This document shows, piece by piece, positions 38,133-56,449 of a stretch of 64,000 bases of DNA (position 1 is its first letter; every line of letters begins with the position of its first letter). The notes beneath the pieces are model-generated. The model worked only from the letters and a program-made list of their open reading frames with translations. It searched no databases and was not told the DNA's origin. Source of the stretch: Cycas panzhihuaensis (Eukaryota; Plantae; Cycadophyta). The stretch lies in the NCBI GenBank assembly GCA_023213395.1, contig CM041465.1, positions 157,239,741 to 157,303,740 on the forward strand. Reading direction: 5' to 3'. A program made the position numbers and the translations under genes.

Positions 38133-40703
38133 AGGTTTTGGAGTGTGTAGAGAAGCTTAGTGATCCTCCTTCCTCCTCCCTCTTTCCATCCTTATTCTTA
38201 TTAAAGTTCATTGCCTATTATATAATCATTATACTTCTAAAATTCCACTGAAAAAACCACATGAAAGTTTAGTATCAAAGTTTGTTTAAACATTATTTTA
38301 AGTATTCTCACTTTTTAGATAAACTTCTTTAATTATAACCTAATTTGGTAAGTAGAAATGTTATTAGATTTTTCTTATAATTTTTGTTTCTAATATCACA
38401 TATTGGCCTAATTTATGTTGAGTCTCACTGGCAATTTAGAGAGCTAAAAGTCTACTTTGAGAAGGGTTAAAATTAGTAATTTGGCATATCTTATTAGGAA
38501 TTTTTCATAAACCCATCATTCTAGCTTTGTTTACAATAAAAAAATATTAATAAATTATAATTTTGACTTGTTAATCTTGCTTTAAAAAGAGGAACAATAG
38601 GAAAAGTTAGTTTGCTTTTCTTCCTCCTTGCTCATAGGATTTTATTTTGAAATGGCAAAGAGAAAGAAGGGTCAAAAAGAATCTTTTTACTTTTTGCTTT
38701 ACATATTGTATTTGCATCTTTACTTTTGGCATGTGCTTTCCTAAAGGCCTAATGAAGAAGAGATTTGTACTTATTATGAGTCCTTAAATTTGCGGGGTGA
38801 TATTTTATTTTGATTAGCTAGTTTATTTTGTTATTTACATACAACTATAGATTGCATGATAGTTATATTAGGTGTGTGAGTTGTTTGCTTCTTTAGTTTT
38901 TTTTTAAGGTGTAAGGTCCTTCTTTCCACTAAAGAGGGGAGATAGTTTTTCTTCTACCTAAGTGCTGATATCAAATGAGAGAGACTATCTTGTACCTTTA
39001 GGTGCCAAGTCTCTAATTCATATTCTAAACAAATAGTTTAAGGGTGCTTATCCTTACCACGTGTTAATGCATGGGGTATGGATAATTAAGTAAACTTCAT
39101 CCCTCTTATTGAGAGTGGTGCCCTTTATCTTTTTCACCTTAGAGCTTGAGATTTATTAGAATCAAGTGTGAGCACTACCAAGCCACTCTTGCACTCATGT
39201 GAGAGTTATAACCAGTATTAACGAGTGCTCACTAACTTATCCACGAATGGATCTATCCTATGGTCTTTATTTCTTTAGACCACTTACTCTAAGTAGCCCT
39301 TTCCCTAATTTTTTAGGTTGAATCTATTACTTTTAGGTCAAGTAGAAGTTTGGGTTAAGATAGTTCAGTTAGCTTAGGGGGTTTAGTTGTATATTATAGG
39401 TAGATAATAACATAAGAGTTATAGGTATTCTTGCTTAATCAACCCCCTTACATTTTGAGGGCCTTTTTGTATACTAATTGATCCTTCTAAGGATACTAAT
39501 TATGGTTTTATTAATTTCATATTAAGCTATTCTTAGTTGGATTTTAGTTCACATTTTTTTATTGACACATATTTATCTTATCTACCTACTTGCATTGTCC
39601 TCTCGCTTTTATTTTTTAGTTAGTTGTAGTTAGCATTTATTTTCTTTCATTACCACCTTTTTCTAGTATGTTACCCTTATCCTAACTAGTCAAACACAGT
39701 GTTAAGTATCCCTATATTTGTGTATAAGAGTTATATGACCACCCCCACATGGGTCATATGTTTGTGTGCTTTCCCACTCAAGTACCCCTCGTCCTCGAGG
39801 CCTATTTTAAAGTCATGATTTACATGTCCTCTCCTCTTACTCATCCATATTTACTACTCAAATCAATACTCTAATTAGGTAAAAGTGAGAAGGATTATAA
39901 GTTTTAAAGTGAGATTTAGAGGGTAGAGAGGCATTGGTGAGTTATAATTCTTTGAAAACTTTTGTGAGTGAATAATAGTGAATTTCAAGAGAATTTTTAA
40001 TCGATCAAGAGTTTGTAGGCTATGGTTATATAGATCTATAACCATATTATAAAGAGAACAAAAATTTAATAAGCTTTAATTAGGTTTTATATGGGTAAAA
40101 TACTAATAAGTGAGGATTTAATTAGAGTGTTTTTTGAAGGGGATAAGATCCAAGAGGAAAACTGATCCAATCAGTGAGAATAAGTTATGGGTTATAGATT
40201 TATTAATAGAACATAACTAGGGTGAGAAAGTAGAGTGATTTTTTTATCAATTTTTATGAATGGTAAAATGTTAGTTTAGGTCATTCGTAAAAACAAATGG
40301 CCATTTGGAAAAATAAGATATTATTTATAAAAATATAGGGCCATTTATAAAAAAAATAAGAGTGTAATTTTAATTTTTTTTTAATAAGATTATTTTCTTA
40401 TGAGAGAAAACTTTAAAAGATAAAGAAAGTATAAAATATTTTTTTTTTACAAAAATAAATGAGATTAAACTAATTAAAATTGACAAAATAGGGTGTCATT
40501 TGTTGCATGTAATATCCAATTATATTAGATATTATCCCTAACCCATTTCATACTCTCTCAATATTTTATGAATATTATATTGTAGTTACCTTAACATGTG
40601 TGCTATTTAGGAAATATTCTAGCATATAAAGGTTGACCTAGAGGGTTCTCCACATGAGGTGAGGGATTTTATAAATATATACTATTAGATAATGTGATAA
40701 TAA

Positions 40704-43490
40704 TGTTTTGGAAGCAAAAAATCTTGATAGGTTGGCAGCACAGTTCTCCCCCCCCCCCCTTGCCTCCTCCCTACAAAGAGAGAGTTTGAGGGTGGTAACT
40801 CATGACCCAAAAAGTTAGCACTATAAAACATACTAAATTGTAAAGAGAATCGGGGTCGTTCATTGAAAATACCCCATATTTGATAGTTAAGATTTATGCC
40901 TTGTATAACTCTATTATATAGCCTAATTTAGGATATTTTTTATGTTATGTTGATGGTATTCGATGTATTGGATGTACTGTATTAAGAAGAGGTAGCTGGT
41001 TGTTATTACTGCCAGCATTCTGCTACAGATTATATACATTTCTCTATTCTTAGATAATAAAGATCGATACCTTTCCTGTGTGGATGTTTCCATAGTACAC
41101 TACTAGGGTTTTACCATTACCACATTATATTTTTTGTATATATGATGCTTTGGCTTTCTAATTCATTTATTATATTATCTCTAATTTAAGAACTTGCATA
41201 TTAAATTTCAGTTTTAATTGTTATAATTAGTTACAAAATAGTTTAGATCTTGGTGGTTATTTCTGGTTATTGGGACCTAGTTTTCTTAATAAGTGGTATC
41301 AGAGCTATTTTTATTTTTACAACGAGTTTGTGAAGGTTTTAGTGTCATGTTTTTCTATACCAAATAGTAAAATTGATGAATGCAAAGTTTGAAGTGGAGA
41401 AATTCAATGGCAAGAATAATTTCAAGTTATGGAAGCTAGAAGCATATGATGTTATGGTATAAAAGGGATTGTACAGAGCTCTTGTAGGCAAACCGAAGAA
41501 ACCCATAGGGATGGATGAATGGCATAGTTGAGTACATGAACAGGACACTCTTAGAAAGAGTGAGAAGCATGTTAAGTAATATAGGAGTGGAACAAGGCTT
41601 ATAAGTAGAAGTTATTTAGACAGCTTGTTATTTAGTGAATGGGTCACTATCACTTGCAATTGATTACAAAATTCTTAAAGAGGTACAAATTGAATATCCA
41701 TGTAACTATTTAAATTTGAAAGTTTTTAGTTGTGATGCTTATGCCTTAATTAATAAAAGTCAACATTTAAAGTTAGACCCAAAATCCAAGAGATGTATCT
41801 TTGTTGATTATGGTGATAGAGATGGTGTGAAGGGATACAAGTTATGGAATCCTACTACCTATAAAATCACTATTAACAAAGATGTTGTGTTTGATGAATC
41901 TCTCTTTCTAAAAGTAGATAGTATAGAAGTTGGATTGAAACAGGAGCAGAAAGCCAAACATTAATAGGTCAAGCTTAAGACCCAACCATCTTTAGAAATG
42001 AAAATATAGGAAGAGCTTTCTGAAGATAAATCTATAGCAGATTTATAGAAGTATGTGGATACTCCTCCAAAAAAGGTTAGAAAATCTATATGAGTCAGTC
42101 ATCTACTTGACAAGTACAAACCTTCTATTTCAATTACTTTAGTTTCTAATGATGATGAGCCTACATGCTATCAGGAAGTAGTAGATAATATCCATAATGA
42201 GAAGTAGAAGAGGGTTATGTAACAAGAAATAGATGCTTTAAAGAAAAATAATTTATACGACTTGGTAGAACTTCTACATAGCAAGAAGAATATTGATTAC
42301 AAATGGGTTGTCAAGAAAAAAATAAATGTTGATAGAAAGGTTAATAAATACAAGGCAAGATTGGTGGCTAAAGGCTTTATACAAAAAGCAGGTATTGATT
42401 TTCATGAGATTTTTTCACTAGTTGTTAAACTTGTTTCAATTTAGGCTCTATTAGCATTCGTAGCTTCTCTTGATTTGGAGTTTGAGTAGTTAGATATAAA
42501 AATAGCTTTTCTACATGGAGATTTAGATAAGGAGATTTATATAGATCAATCAGAAGGGTTTGTATAGGATGGTAGAAAAAGACTTATTTGTAGGCTTAGG
42601 AAATCATTATATGGCCTGAGGTAATCACTTAGGAAATTGTACAAAAAGTTTGATACCTTCATAGAGAGCCAAAATTTTAAAAGAAATGAGTATAATAACT
42701 GTGTTTACATTAAATTCTTAGACAATGCCTTATTCATTATATTGGTATTATATGTTAATGACATGTTGGTTGTAAGCAAGAGTATGGCAGAAATCAACAA
42801 GTTAAAGGCTCATTTGGATATGACTTTTGATATGAAGGATCTAGGAGCTACAAAATAAATCTTAGGCATGGAGATAGATAGAGATAGGAAAAATGGTAAG
42901 CTATGGTTATCATAGTAGAAATATGTAGAGAAGGTGCTAACCAAATTTGGTATGGCAAATATGAAACCAGTGAGTATCTCATTGGCTTTCCATTTCAAGC
43001 TTTCTTCAAGTATGAGTCCTAGTAATAAAGAAGAAAAATATTATATATCTTGTGTATCTTATGCAAGTACAATATGAAGTTTTATATATGCCATGGTATA
43101 TACAAGACCTAACATTTCACACGTAATCAGTGTAGTTAGTAGGTTTATGGCAAATCCAGGAAAAGAACATTAGGCAGTAGTGAAATGGGTGCTTTGATAT
43201 TTAAGAGGCACGAGTAACTATTACATCATCTTTTGTGGTATAGGTAATCAGGTTTGTGGATATATTAATTTAGATTTTGTAAGATATTTAGATAAGAGAA
43301 TGTCTACTTTGAGTTATGTGTTTACTCTTACAAATGGTCTGATTAGTTGGATGTCAAAATAACATAGTACAATTGTATTATCAACTACAGAAATAAAATA
43401 TATTGTTGTGACACATGCTAGTAAAGAAGAAATCCAGTTGCAAGGTCTATTTATTGAGCTTGAAAGGAAACAGGAAAAGGTAAAGGTATA
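40704..43490 (+). mobile_element. Tork/Tnt1-like Copia fragment: 5' LTR, PBS, gag start fused to integrase, RT, partial RNase H; 3' end lost
   Basis: PBS tggtatcagagc at 41294-41305; KFEVEKFNGKNNFKLWK; MNRTLLERVRSML; KLDPKSKRCIFVDY; YKARLVAKGF; LVLYVNDML; FDMKDLG. LTR start approximate. Confidence 0.85.
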
Positions 43491-45227
43491 GGGTTGCTTA
43501 GGATGATTTTTGAGCAGTCAAGGTTGTAGTAAAAGTAGATTCATCATCAACATAGTTGGCTTCAGAGGATGGTGAGATAATTAGGCAAAAATATTTGCCA
43601 TCAAGAATTTCAGTCATAACCACAGTATTTGAAGGAGGGTGAATGGCATAGAGTTTGATTATTTGCAATTATACTCAAATCAAATCCATGAGAAACAAGG
43701 GTAGATAGGGAGAGCATGTTCATCTTCAGAGTAGGAATATATGAAACATCAATAAGGGTAAAATCTAGAAGGCCTGAGAGTTTCAAGTAAACAGTTCCAA
43801 GTCCTTCAACTAGCTGAGATGATTTGTCAGCCATGTATATAACATCATAAACTTCAGAGTTAAAATCTTAAAAGAATTAGTGATGGCAAGTCATATGTTA
43901 TGTTGCTTCAGTATCCATAATCTAGTATGAAGTATTTGAGATGGCACTGCTAGCAATTTCAAGTGGTGAAGGCAGAAGTGAATAAGCATAACCATAATAA
44001 GCCTTAATACACTTAGTGGATTTATTAATAGTATTTAATGAAGTGACCCTAGTTTTTTAAAGATGTGCATGAGCAAACTGTATTCCATCGAAAGCATCTT
44101 TGAAAGAAGTATCATCAACATTATGTACACTATAGTACTATTGATAACTTAGTAGTATGTTGGTGGCAGTTCTGTAATTTTTAGTATAATGTCCTTTTCT
44201 ATGACACCTTCGACATAAAATTATTTAATTCCTTATCCCATAAGTAGCATCAGGTTGGTTAGATTATCTCTAATTACTAGATCTGGGTCTAGGTTGATTA
44301 TTTTGGCATTGGCCTTGAGACTATTTTTGTTGGTATTGGGGAACTTATTAACGATGAGGACATTGCCCTTATTATCTACTTCTACCTCTTCCATGGGAAT
44401 TACAACCTCTGCGAGAGAATTAACCTTGATTTTTAATATAAAAAAGAACTTCTTCCACTTGAAAGCAACATTGGTCCTTAAAGTTTAGGGTCTTCAAGAT
44501 GCCACTAGATTAAAGACTTACTAATAGATTTTTATAATATTGGATACGGATACATGACTAAATCAAGAAAGTCCATGTAATGTATTGAGTCTTAAAGTCT
44601 TTATTTATGGCTTGCTTGATGGGATAAAGGAGATTAATTATCTCATTTGTGTATCCTTTCTACATTTTTAATTTGTTCATCTTCAACACTAAGTGAACAA
44701 ATTTTACGTCTAATTTAGTGTTAAAGTTCTTCTTCAGAACTTCAAAAACTTTTTATGTTATATCATGTATAGCCTCATCAATGAGGTTATCTAGGGAATA
44801 ATTAATGACAAGAAGTATCCCTACATAGATTTTATCATCATCAAGTTCCCATTGATGTTTGCTTGTAGCTTTAGTGGGAGGAGTTGGAGGAGTTCATCTA
44901 GAGGCAAGTGTGATAGTAGTGGCAGTAATATTTAGTATAAGTTGTAGGTGATCTCTCCAAAGACCTTCATACTTTACAATATTTCTAACACCAGTGAACC
45001 ACATGTCCTAATTTTCTTTCCCTTTAAGACAATTCATATTCGCTTGAACTATGAAGACATGGTATCTTTTGAGAAGGGAAGAAATGAACAAGAGACTATG
45101 AAAGTGATGGCAATAAATGACTAATCATTGTTTATAAATGGGAGGTGTAATAAAGTAGTGTAGCAAAAGGAAGAATAAAGAAGTAAGAATGATTGCTCAA
45201 AAGTAAAAGGAGTAACTTAGAGAAAAG

Positions 45228-45425
45228 TCACCAATATTTGTGACAAATATTAACCTAATGTAGCAGGAATATGAGAAACACTATCATAAAAATTGGCCAC
45301 CAATACTTATGACAAATATTAACCTGATGCAGTAGGAATATAAGAAGCACTATGGTGAAAATTGGCCACCAACACTTATGGAAAATATTAACCTAACGTA
45401 GTAGGAATATGAGAAGCACTATGAT
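45228..45425. repeat. 3 x ~69-bp tandem repeat upstream of gag (2 copies at 56160-56290 in the sister element)
   Basis: Unit caccaayayttrtgacaaatattaacctratgyagyaggaatatragaarcactat... Confidence 0.85.
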
Positions 45426-46833
45426 TGTGATTACACTATGGATCACCTTTTATAAATAAGTGATTAATATACAAGATTATAAGTCAATGTAGAAGCTGAC
45501 ATCATTAGGTGTATATAACTTTTAAACTAAAATATAAGATGTGTAATCAATCCAATAACCTCTAACTTATATCTAATGTATAGTTCAAGTTACTAAAGGG
45601 ATGCTTAGGCTTCTAATAGAATTAAATTGGCCTTCATCCATGATACTCGTAATTGTACTTGATGATGAAATCTAAGTTACAACAAAGCCCAAGCACTCCC
45701 AATCCTCATCCCATTCATCAATGAGTAGCTATATACCTCCTCCAAAGAGTGGTAAGTGCATACCCATGGCTATGATGGATATTGGACTGGGTATATGTTA
45801 ATCTTGTATTAAAGTTTCAGTTTTCTTGATTGGTTATCAAGATGATCCCTGATTGAGACACAATGGTATGGCTAATTAAACCTCACCAATATTCTAGTTA
45901 AGTCCAGACCCAACTTGAAACCCACGCCTCTCTTATGGAACAATATTTTTCCAACCAAGGTATCTCAACTTTGGCAAGTGTATGAATAGGTACAAGATGG
46001 GGAAAATGGCATACATGATGTATTCCTTTTAGGGAGAGTAAAAAGATTATCGAATTTGCATCAACGTATATATAACTGAAACTAGAGTGCTTGATTAGAG
46101 TGCTTTTGGAGTGTTTGCTTGGAGTGCTAAAATGAAATGTTAAGAAGTGAGGTAAGGGCACTAGATATTGATCTGATCCAGGTGTTTTCCACTCACTTTT
46201 ACAATGGGCTTTGAAGCCTTGGAAAAAGAAGAAATTTTCTTCACTTTTTTTTTTTAATAAAAAAGTAATCTTCACTAAAATAGTAATAACTTTCTCCAAC
46301 AATAACAAAATTGAGTACTAGTTTTTGCACTATAAACTATACTCAAATCCACATCTTTAGGAAATGGAATCAAGTCGAAGTGGGTTCTGTAAAATTTTTG
46401 GCAATCCCATAAAGTGGATAGAATATAGTTTTCTAAAATTCTTACTCAAAATAATTACTATTCACTAAAATAGTAATAACATTCTTATATGACAACGAAA
46501 TTGGGTGTTGATTTTTGCACTAAAAACTAGACTTAGAGTCACATCTTTAGTAATTAGAATTAGGTCAATTAGAGCTCTATAGAATTTTTGGTAAATCTAT
46601 AAAATTTAATAAGTTGATTTTATTTCTGTAGAAAATCTAACTTGTAAATATCTTATCAACACATGATACCATATAAAATTTCCATTATTTTTTATTACTA
46701 GGATCCTGATATGGGTAAGGTGAGAGTATACAATGATAGAGATTTTAAATAGCTCTAAATTATTTTTAAACATGAGTAGAACCTCCCCTTACAAACATTC
46801 TTCAAATGCTAGAAAATATTTAGTAGCATTTCT

Positions 46834-51125
<4,292 letters not shown>

Positions 51126-54100
51126 TTTCCCCTTGTTAAATGGACAAAAAGATATTAAAGAAAAGAAGAATGAGATATGCACAAATAGCTACCAAAGATT
51201 GGAATCCCTGGGCATTACAACTCCTTGTATTGTTCTTCTAAACCTATAAAAGAGAAAAGGAAAGCAAACAATACTAAGTATGTTATGATTAAAACTTGAA
51301 AATATTTCCAAATCTACTTTCACAATCTCCTTCACCATATGGATTATCCGTGAGAAGGAAGCGATGGCTCCATTGCAAGTACAAATGAGAAATATAAAGG
51401 AACTAAGCTTTGATATCACATGAAAGGAGGGGATCTATCCTTCATCTCTATGCACTATACACAAAGGTAAACATGGGAGTAAGAGAGACTTGAGAGAAAA
51501 ATAGTAGCTCTCACAAAATAAGGAGGTAAAAATAAGCCTCTTCCATTGAGCTTTTACCTTTATATTGAGAGAGGGAGCATTAGAGTTAGGTGAAATAAAA
51601 TTACACATAATGCACATGAAAGTGCATTTCACTTAAGTGATCCAATCTAAAGTTTACTTAAAGCCCTTTTATGAATAATCAACTAATGTAATGACCTTGT
51701 AATATTAATCTATTTCACATATAAGGCTTTCTTGAGCTTATAAACTAAGTTTTCTTTAGTTGAAATAATATAGCCAAGAGGTTGCTCCAAGAAAACCTCT
51801 TTTGTAAGCTCTCTATTAAGAAAAGTACTCTTCATATTCAATTGGTAGATTGGCCAAGTAAATTGGGTTGCTAATGACATTACTAAATAAAATATGTTTA
51901 TGTTAGTTATCGATGCAAAGGTCTCATCATAGTTGAACCCTTCTTATTATTTGAAACCTTTTACAACAAGATGATCTTTGTGATGCTCGACAGTGTTGTT
52001 TGTATGGAGTTTAGTTTTATAGAGCCATCTATAATCAATTACATTTTTCTCAGGTGATAATTATGTTAGCTCTCAAGTTTCATTTTCTAGGATGGAGTTC
52101 ATCCCTTCATCCATATCTACTTTCTATGTTTTATCTTTGATTACCTACTCAAATATGGAAGGCTTGGGAGTTTCTAGGACACATGCTGTTAGGACAAAAT
52201 TGGTGGAGTGTCTCATCTTTGATGGCCTTTTAGCAACTATAGGAGGAGAAGGAGCATCTTTTAATAATTGTTAAACCCACTTGGAAAGTTGTTGAATACT
52301 AATGGTTTCCACCTGAAGGTCATCAACTAAAATGTGTGGCATAGAGGTGCTTGCATCTGATATAGTCATTGAAGATGATGTGGCTAAAGATGAACCTAGT
52401 ATATAAGAGGATGTAGGTGTTGGTGGCTCTAGAATTGATGCAAGAGGCACTTGAGATGCATAAACATCATCTTCTACTATATACTAAAGTTTTGAGGTGT
52501 CTAGGTCCTGAGCATCTTTAGCAAAAATGACATCCCAAGTGGTGTGGGCTTAGTTCCTAACAATAATAAATACTTTATATGCTTTGCAACTAGGTACATA
52601 CCCAAGGAAGATGTACTTAAGGATCTTATTATCTAGTTTTTTTCTATTCTCCTTTGGAACAAGTTTGTTTATCATACATCTAAATATTTTTAAATGTGTA
52701 ATTGTTAGTTTAAGTCTTGTCCAAGCCTCCTCAAGAGTGATGTTTCTAACAACCATTATGGGACTCTAGTTTATGAGATAGTCAGCTATTATGATAGCAT
52801 CATCCCAAACTCTTATAGCAAGGTTAGCCCCACTCAACATAGCTTTAGCTTTATTCACTAATAATTAGTTCATTCTCTCAACTATACCATTTTGTTGAGG
52901 TATGTGAGGTGCAAAAAACTAATATTTAATGCCATGTTATTTATAGAAATTAGTGAATTGATTTAAGATATACTACCCTCCATTATCTGATTTAAGGGTC
53001 TTAATAGTTAATCCACTTCCATTTTCTATCTTAACTTGAAACTCCTTGAATTTATCAAGGGCTTCATACTTATTCCTTGAGAAGTATACTAAAACTTTCG
53101 TAGAATAATCATTTATAAAAGTCATGAAAAATAGACTACTATTGAGGGATTAAATTGGCATAGGCCCATAAATATCTCAGTGAACCAACTCCAATAGTTT
53201 AGAGACTCTCTATGCATTCTTAGATGGGAATTTTTCTATTTATTATTTTCCCATAAGGCATGCCTCACAAATACATATATTTCTCTTTATCTTGGGAAGT
53301 CCATGCATTATATGAAGCCTAGACATGAGGTTTAGACTCTACATGTTTAGGCGACCTAGGCATTGATGCCATAGTTAGTCTTTAACACTGTTTGAGGGAG
53401 CCTCCTCATCAGTAAAGGAGCATTCACCTAGTTCTTGAATAGAAGGTTGGTCCTCTACCATTATTTCCTTACCCTTGTCAAGTTGGGTACTTTGAGCCAT
53501 TGAACATGATTCTATAGGTGGATTATTTACTAGAGGAACACCATCAATCTTGTATAAGTCATTGTCTTCATGTCTTGTTGCTATAAGTTATCCAATTGTA
53601 TGAGTTATAATGGTGCAGATACCTTGACTAAAGAGGATATCCAAATTCTTCTTATCGATTTGGCTAACTAAAAGTAGATTCATTTTTATGCTTGGAACTA
53701 GGAATACATTATTAATACAATACCTTATTTTAGAGTCCTTCAAAGCTATTAAAGCCCTTCCAATTTTAGTCACATTATATATCATATTATCTCCAAATTT
53801 GACTATTTGTGTATTAATTAAATAGGTCTCTTTCAACATATCTTCTATGCTAGTCATATGGTAAGTAGCACCTGAGTCAAATATCCAAGAGTTATTATCA
53901 TGTTGAGATGATAATGCTACAAATAATAGGTTTTAAAAGGAGGTATCATAAGCATCTACCATATGGCCTCATTCTTAAGTATTGGGGTTCGTCCTTTTAT
54001 TCCTGAGTAGGAATCATTGCCTATTATGCTATTATTAGTTATGTTTAGGTCTTTGGTTCTTATTTTGTTGATAGAATTAGCCTAGTTATTTATACAATGG

Positions 54101-54904
54101 CCCTCCTTATAGATAGATAGGGCCTCCTTGTTGTGAAATAGGTGAAAAGGGTTAATGACACAAGGTCATTACATTAGTTGATTATTTTGAAAAAGGGTTT
54201 TAACTGAACTTTAAATTAGATCACTTAAGTGAAATGCCCTTTCATGTGCATTATCTGTAATTTCATTTCACCTAACTCTAATTCTCCCTCTCTTAATATA
54301 AAAGTAAAAGCTCAATAGAGGAGATTCATTCTTACCTCCCCATTTTGTAAGAGCTACTTTCTTTCTCTCAAGTCTCTCTTACTCCCATGTTTGCCTTTGT
54401 GTTTAGTGCATAGAGATGAAGGATAGATCCACTCTTTTCATGTGGTATCAGAGCTTGATTCCTTCATATTCCTCACTTATACCCACAATCCATGCGGTAA
54501 AGGAGATTGTGAAAGTAAATTTAGAAATATTTTCAAGTTATTATGATAGCATATTTTGTATTATTTGCTTTTCCTTTCTCTTTTATAAGTCTAGAAGTAT
54601 AATATAAGGAGTTGTAAGGCCTAAGGATTCCAATCCTTTGTTGGCCATTCACGCTATCCCATTCTTCCTTTTATTTCCAGTCTTTTTGTCCATTTAATAA
54701 GGGGAAATGTTGCCAAAATTTTTCCAGCATTTAGAAGAATGATTGTAAGGGGAGGCTTTACCCATTTTTTTAAAAAGAATTTTAATCTATTTAAAATATC
54801 CATCATTGTATGCTCTCACCTTGCCCATATTGGGATCTTGGTGATCAAAAAATGATGGAAATTTCATATGGTATCATGTGTTAATGAGATATTAGGAAGC
54901 TAAA

Positions 54905-55280
54905 ATTTGTATAGAAATATAATTTGATTGTTGAACTTCACAGGTCTGCAAAATCTTCTATAGAGCTCTAATTGAAGTGATTATAATTGTCAAAGATGAG
55001 GCTCTGAGTCTAATTTACAGCACAAAAATCAACACCTAATTTGGATGCCGTATGAGGAAGTTATTGTTGTTTTAGTGAATAGTAGTTATTTTTAGTAAGA
55101 ATTCTAGAAAAATATAATTTCCTAACTTTGCAGGGCTGCCAAAAACTTTCCAGAACTCATTTGGACCTGATTCTACTTCCTAAAGATGAAGCTATGAGTC
55201 TAGTTTGCAACATAAAAATTGACACTCCATTTTGACATCGTGGGAGAAAGTTATTACTGATTTAGTGAAGACTACTTTCT
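54905..55280. repeat. 2 x ~190-bp tandem repeat in the Copia 5' leader
   Basis: aaagatgaggctctgagtc at 54992 and aaagatgaagctatgagtc at 55182; the same pair is inverted at ~46260-46640. Confidence 0.8.
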
Positions 55281-56449
55281 TTTGTATTAACAAAAAAAAA
55301 AAGTGAAGAAAATTTCTTCCTTCTTTTTATAAGGCTTAAAAGCCCATTATAAAAGTGAGAGAAAAAAAAAATACCTGGATCTGAGAAATATCTAGTGTCC
55401 TCACTCACTTATTAGCATTGCATTTTAGCACTCTAAAATCACTCAAAGTAAGCACTCTAAAGACACTTCAAGAAAGCATTCCAAGTAAGCATTCTATTTT
55501 CAGTTAAATGTACGTTTGATGCAATTCGATAATCTTTTCACTCTTCCTAAAAGGAATGCATTACGTACACTATTTTTTGCCATCTTGTACCTGTTCATAC
55601 ACTCACCAAGGTTCATATACCTTAGTTGGTAGAATGTCTTACCATAAAGGAGGTGTGGGTTTCAAGTTGGGACTAGACTAAACCAGAATATTGGTGAGGT
55701 TTGGTTAGCCACACCTTAGTGCCTCAATCATGGATCATCCTGATAACCAACTGGGAAAACTGAAACTTTAATACAACATTAAAATATACCTAATCCAATA
55801 TCTGTCATAGCCATGGGTATGCACGTACCACTCTTTAGAGGAGGTATATAGCTGCTCATTGATGAACTGGATGAGGATTGGGAGTACCCAGGCTCTGTTG
55901 TGACTTGGATTTCATCACCAAGTACAATTGCGAGTATTACAGGTGAAGGCCAACTTAATTCTACTAGAAGCCTAAGCATCATGTCAACAACCTCAACTAC
56001 ACATTGGACACAAGTTAGAGGTTATTGGGTTGATTATGCATCTTACATTTGAGTTTCAAGTTGTGTAAACCTAATGATGTCAGCTTCTATATTGGCCTAC
56101 AATCTTATATATTGATCACTTACTTATTTGTAAAAAGTAATCCATAGTGTAATCACAATCATAGTACTTCTCATATTCCTATTGCATCAGGTTAATATGT
56201 GCCACAAGTGTTAGTGGCTAATTTTTATCATAGTGCTTCTCATATTCCTACTGCATCAGGTTAATATTTGTCACAAGTGTTGGTGACTTTTCTCTAAGTT
56301 GCTCTCTTTATCTTTGAGCAACCATTTTTACTTCTTCTCCCTTCTGCTACACTACTTCATTACATTTCCCATTTGTAAAGAGTGATTGGTCATTTATTGC
56401 CATCACTTTTATAGTCCCTTGTTTATTTCTTCCTTTCTAAAAAGATACC

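Larger units (their letters stand above)
15522..39856 (+). mobile_element. Very large non-chromoviral (Athila/Tat-group) Ty3/Gypsy element, ~18 kb without the nested insertion
   Basis: 15530-18716 is a direct repeat of 30931-32255 plus 38133-39856. PPT-like agatggggg at 30242-30250. Flanks ttcaa/ctcaa are a possible TSD. Domain order PR, RT, RH, INT. Ends uncertain by a few bp. Confidence 0.8.
30251..39856 (+). repeat. 3' LTR of the large Gypsy, interrupted by the element at 32256-38132
   Basis: Joining 32255 to 38138 restores the sequence that is uninterrupted at ~16950-16990. Confidence 0.75.

Noticed and set aside
55858-55893. IDELDEDWEYPG resembling the GH18 chitinase DxxDxDxEYP motif
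   Set aside because: Flanks do not fit GH18 and the sister copy reads DEWDEDWECLG; likely chance.
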